Below, in pieces: positions 59,601-64,000 of a stretch of 64,000 nt of DNA (position 1 is its first letter; every line of letters begins with the position of its first letter). Location of the stretch: contig JAWQFM010000015.1 of assembly GCA_033442325.1 (NCBI GenBank), forward strand, positions 504,318-568,317, written 5' to 3'. Below the pieces are notes generated by a model that saw only the letters and a program-made list of their open reading frames with translations, was not told the DNA's origin and ran no database searches. The DNA comes from Salpingoeca rosetta (Eukaryota; Protista; Choanoflagellata). The translations under genes and the position numbers were made by a program.

Positions 59601-62600
59601 CGCACGCCTCCACTGCACGAAGCAGCTCCTGGAGCTGACACTTCCCTTTGCGGCCTATTTTGCAGACGGGGTGGAGGCGGTGCGCTCACGCCCGGAGCAG
59701 CTGTCCGAGCACGTGCAGCTGCAAGAGGAGCACATTGCATCAGAGCTCGACGCAGCCCAGACGTCACGCAAGTACGATAGGATGGAGACCCTGATGCAAC
59801 ACCTGAGCATTGTCGGTGCCGTGCAGGATGCCAGGCCACCCCAGACTGTGGGCAGGTACTCGGGATCGGGTTCAGGCTCAGGCTCCCCTTCGCGGCGGCG
59901 CAGTGCACGACGCGGGCGCAGCAAGCGCACGGAGATCATTGCCAAGCTTCAGCGGTCACTCATGGCGGACGCCATGGGCAAGGTGAAACAGCTGCACGAT
60001 GCAGCCACCGACGACGAGATTGCAGGTGTGCTTGTTGAGCTGCAGCGGATGAGTGACAACGTGGACTGTGTTCGCGATGAGGTCGAACGCCGTGTGAGGG
60101 AATTCCTGGGCAGCTACAACAAGAAGAGCAACAAGCACATTCCCAGGCTTGGCCTTCGGCTGGACGGGCTACAGTCCCCAGAGGCACAGCGTGTGCTGCA
60201 GGCGTACGATGTGTTCACCGGGTATCTGCGTCGCCTCTTCAACGACAAGATCAGCTCTGTGGGCATCGACGACGCGCTGAAGACGCTGAAAGAGGATGAC
60301 ATCAACAAACTCACACTCGAACACTGTGACGAGCTGAAGCGCATGTTTGACGAATTCCTCAAGCAGTACCACAAGAACTTGAAGATGATCACCGATGGAC
60401 CAAAGGCAGTCGACGAACTTGCTGCAAGTGCGAGGGCTTGCGCTGCCGAGATCACAAAGAACCCAGACCTTCACGCTCAGGGCATGGAATGGACGGCTCC
60501 AATGAGGTCGCGGCTGCCGACACTCATGGCGCACATCTTTGGCATGTGGACGCTGCACCACGCGAGCAACCCCAACCAGGCACGTGAGGAGCTCCTGCAG
60601 CCGCACGCCTCCCAAGCCCTGGCCATCTTCCGCCTGCTTGGCGCTGGCACTGAGAAGGGCGAGCTGCACTCAAACCTGGTGCAGGTCCTGACGGGACAAG
60701 GCAAAGCCGTCATCTTGGCTGTCACGGCATCTGTGCTTGCGCTGTACGGCATGCACGCCAGCGTTGCCTGCTACTCCGAGTACCTGACCACGCGCGATTA
60801 TGGCGATTTTGTGTTCTTGTTTGACAAGCTGGGCGTGGCTGAGCATGTGGAATACGGCACGTTCAACGCCCTGTGCGAGTCGCACATCAACAAGGAGGGC
60901 GACATCCGCGAGCGCGTGCAGCACTTGATCCAAGAAGACAAGTTCCAGAAGCCTGGGTGGATCAAGCGCGCCAAGGACAAGGCTGCTGCCTTGAAGGACA
61001 AAGCAGCAAGCTTCCTGCCTGGAAGTGCCAGTTCCTCCAAGGTTCCGCGCCCTCGCGTGCTGTTGATTGACGAAGTTGATGTTGCGCTCGACCCAAGCAT
61101 CATGAGCAACACGTACGCGCCCAACTGCAAGGTGACCAACGAGGCTGTCAAGAACTTGGTGATGCACCTGTGGGACAATCGCACAACTGGACTCACCTTC
61201 GCCAAGGTGGCCACCTCGACGCAGTATGAAAGCCTCCAGCAGCAGTTTGCCAAGCCGTACCACGACCTCCTCCGAAGCTGCGTGAACGCCATGATTGTTG
61301 ACCTGCAATCGTATGAGAACCACGGGTACGTGTTTGAGGGCGGCCGCATCGGTTACAAGCTGCACGACACCGTCAACTACAAGATGCGCATGCGCTACAA
61401 GACCTTGTTCGCGCTCATGCACGAGCTTGAGAAGACCGGCGTTGACGTACACACTTCCCAGGACGTGGCCAAGGAGGTTGCCTTCCTCATCAACTGCGGC
61501 GCGTTCTCGTACTTTGAGGTGCAGCGCACGTTTGCCTGCACGCTCGGTGTGACGGGCACGCTCAAGGACCTGTCTGCTCCCGAATTTGGGGTGCTGAAGG
61601 AAGACTACGGCATTCACACGTACACGGTGATGCCGTCCATGTTTGGCGCGTCGCAGCTGAAGCCGTTTGAGGCAAACGACCTGAAGATTGTGCCCGCTGA
61701 CCAGTACCATCTGACCATCACCCAGGAGATTCGCAAGCGCCATGGACAGGGCCGCCCCGTGCTTGTGTTGTTTGAGACTGCACGTGAGCTTCAACAGTAC
61801 TACAAGCACGAGTCCCTCGCTGGCCTCATGCAGCACGTGCAGATTCTGAGCGAGACACTGGATGCTTCCGAAAAGGAGAAGATTGTGCGCAATGCGACGC
61901 AGCAGAAGCGCATCACCCTTTGCACCCGCTCGTTTGGGCGCGGCGTGGACTTCCAGGTGCGTGACCCGGCCATCCCAGACAAGGGCGGTGTGCACGTGCT
62001 GCAAACGTTCCTGGCAGAGACGATGGCTGAGGAGCGGCAGTGCATGGGCCGCACGGCTCGGCAGGGTGAGCCGGGCAGCTACTCGATGGTGCTGCGCCGT
62101 GAGCAGCTGGAGAAGTTTGATGTGGACTTTGAAGCGCTCGACAAGCAGGAGAGCAGTCACGAGCTGCGCAAGTATCTTCACGAGAGGCGCGATGATGCGT
62201 TTGGGAAGCAGTTCAAGCAGTCGTACGAGATTGCGCGGGCTGTGAAGAAGGAGCACGAGGAATCGATGGCATTCCTTGAGGAACTGAGTGGCGAGCGCAA
62301 GGCTGAAGTGGTGAAGGCGCTTGAGAAATGGAACTACACGCGCGAGGTGGCGTCCAAGGTCACGCGCACATTCTACGCGCTCGATTGCACTTGCTCCATG
62401 AGCACCAGCTTGAAGAAGACCACGCAAGTCATTGGCACCGTCTTTGAGCGCACCGAGAAGATTCTTGACGACGCCGGCTTGCTTGGCAACAGCGATGTCG
62501 CCATGCAGCTGGCGGCATACCGCAACTACAACGTGGATGCGGACCAGCTGCAGCAGGTGTCGGGCTGGGAGCAGAACCCGCTTGCACTGCGGCAGTTCCT

Positions 62601-63054
62601 GTTTGGCCTGAAGGTGAATGGTGGCTGGGGCAACGAAGCCATTGAGGTTGCGCTTCACCGCGCCAACACGGAGAAGGACGTGTCGCAGGTGATTTTGATT
62701 GGCGACGCACCAGCCAACTCCCCAGATGAGGTGGCATCCAAGCGAAACAGCAAAGGTGAGCGTTACTGGTCCAAGTTTCCCGAGTTTGCCAAATCCACGA
62801 CCGCTGAGACCGAGCTGCAGAAGCTGAAAGAGAAAGGCATCCCGGTTCATGCCTTCTACATTCAACCGCGCGCAAAGGACTTCTTTGAGCACGCCGCTCA
62901 GGTGACTGGTGGGCGCTGCGAGTTCCTGGACATTGATGATGCGTCTGGGGCTGATCAGCTCACGAACCTTGTCTCCGAAGAGCTGCTGCGGCGCGCGGGC
63001 GGCGAACAAGGCAACCAACTCGTTGACACCTACCGAGCCACTTTCTGCAAGTGA
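53646..63054 (+). CDS. ~2,991-aa protein: P-loop GTPase + long helical region + SecA-like SF2 ATPase + vWA (exons 53646-54068, 54289-54838, 55052-63054)
   Basis: Exon lengths 423+550+8003 = 8976 nt, in frame. G1 GRSGGGKS (54589-54612), G3 DTPG|IGD, G4-like FTK; SecA-like motifs QVLTGQGK (60691), YLTTRD, LIDEVD (61069), GVTGT, GRPVLV, TRSFGRGVDF, GGVHV, GRTARQGEPG (62047); vWA MIDAS-like DCTCS (62383), GGWGNE, ILIGDAP. Confidence 0.9.
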
Positions 63055-63451
63055 TCTGATTTGTGATGTGATATGTGTGTGTGTGTGTGAATGGACCTAA
63101 AGACTGACTCGTTGCGATATTGTTTTGTTTGGGTTGTCTGTGTGTGTTGTGCCTGCATGCTTTTGCGTTTGCCCTCTTTTCTGTTGTGAAACGAGTTGCT
63201 GTCTTCTGTTTCTACGTTTAAAGAGCATGTGTACGTTGAGTAAACATCAAGAACAACGAGCAAACAGAGACCCTTTTGTCGCTTGAGTGAAGGAATAGAT
63301 GCGGTGTGAGTGCCTGAGCGCCTGAGCGCTGAGCGACATCATCACGCAGAAGACGTGGGTCAGACAGCAATGGGTGCATGACCGGCCAGGTAAGACCTCA
63401 TTGCGACACCACAAATTCATCGCCGCCTCGTGTGTGTTTCGTGCAACAACG

Positions 63452-63708
63452 ATGATGCTCTTCGCTGACGGTCTCAAAGTGTGGCACGTCCAGGTGCGTT
63501 CACACTATCAAACCTTTGCCCCCCCCCCATCAATCCCCATCAACCCAGCCCAGGCACCATTCCCTCCCAGCTTCGCGCTCATCATGCTCTCTGACTTCAT
63601 GCTTTCCTTAAATGCCGTAGGCCGCTGGCCTGGCGTTCCTTGGCGGACTTGCGACCGTGATTGAGCGCCGTGCCGCCATGCGCGGCTGCAACCGCGAGCC
63701 CATGCCAG
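63452..63708 (+). CDS. Possible first exons of a downstream gene that runs off the window
   Basis: MMLFADGLKVWHVQ|gtgcgt...gtag|AAGLAFLGGLATVIERRAAMRGCNREPMP|gtcagt: canonical splice sites and a consistent frame, but no recognised homology. Confidence 0.35.
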
Positions 63709-63727
63709 GTCAGTGGACCAGAAGGTA

Positions 63728-63765
63728 GTGTGTGTGTGTGCGTGTGCGTGTGCGTGTGCGTGTGC

Positions 63766-63797
<32 letters not shown>

Positions 63798-63836
63798 GTG
63801 CGTGTGCGTGTGCGTGTGCGTGTGCGTGTGCGTGTG
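63728..63836. repeat. (TGTGCG)n alternating purine-pyrimidine hexamer repeat
   Basis: Seen directly; about 17 units. Confidence 0.9.
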
Positions 63837-64000
63837 CTCTGTGTATTTGTGTGCGTGTGTTCGGTGTGTGTGTGTGTGAATGTGTGCTTGCACAAACACA
63901 CTGCCTGCGCCAACGTTGAGCATGAATGGTGACAATCACATAGTCCCCTCGCACACTCACACGCACTTGCACACATTCACCCACTCTCTTCATGCAGCAT

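Noticed and set aside
60670-63018. 782-aa antisense ORF (and 28029-29387, 54955-56175)
   Set aside because: Shadow frames of GC3-rich sense CDSs; no recognisable motifs.

Overview
Eukaryotic, GC-rich, intron-dense genomic DNA whose introns are filled with (CA)n/(GT)n microsatellites. Style and gene content suggest a choanoflagellate such as Salpingoeca rosetta (inference only). Most ORFs in the supplied track are microsatellite artefacts, so genes were rebuilt by hand from GT-AG exons. In order: 5'-truncated NAT10/KRE33 (+), whose introns host two clear and one probable box C/D snoRNAs; a ~830-aa coiled-coil protein with a basic TP-rich tail resembling a synaptonemal-complex transverse filament (+); CIP2A (-); U1A/U2B''/SNF (-); FAM72 (-) head-to-head with cyclin B (+); an F-box/Zn-finger/beta-helix protein (+); a GH2 beta-glucuronidase-like gene (-); a low-complexity/armadillo protein (+); a RING-TRAF-ZnF-MIB/HERC2 ligase (+); a ~2,990-aa P-loop GTPase + SecA-like ATPase + vWA protein with an 8-kb exon (+); and a possible gene start at the end. 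The strongest leads are the giant GTPase-SecA-vWA protein, the candidate transverse filament inside a cell-division gene neighbourhood with E2F/Myb/CHR-like promoter motifs, and the intronic snoRNAs with unusual guides.
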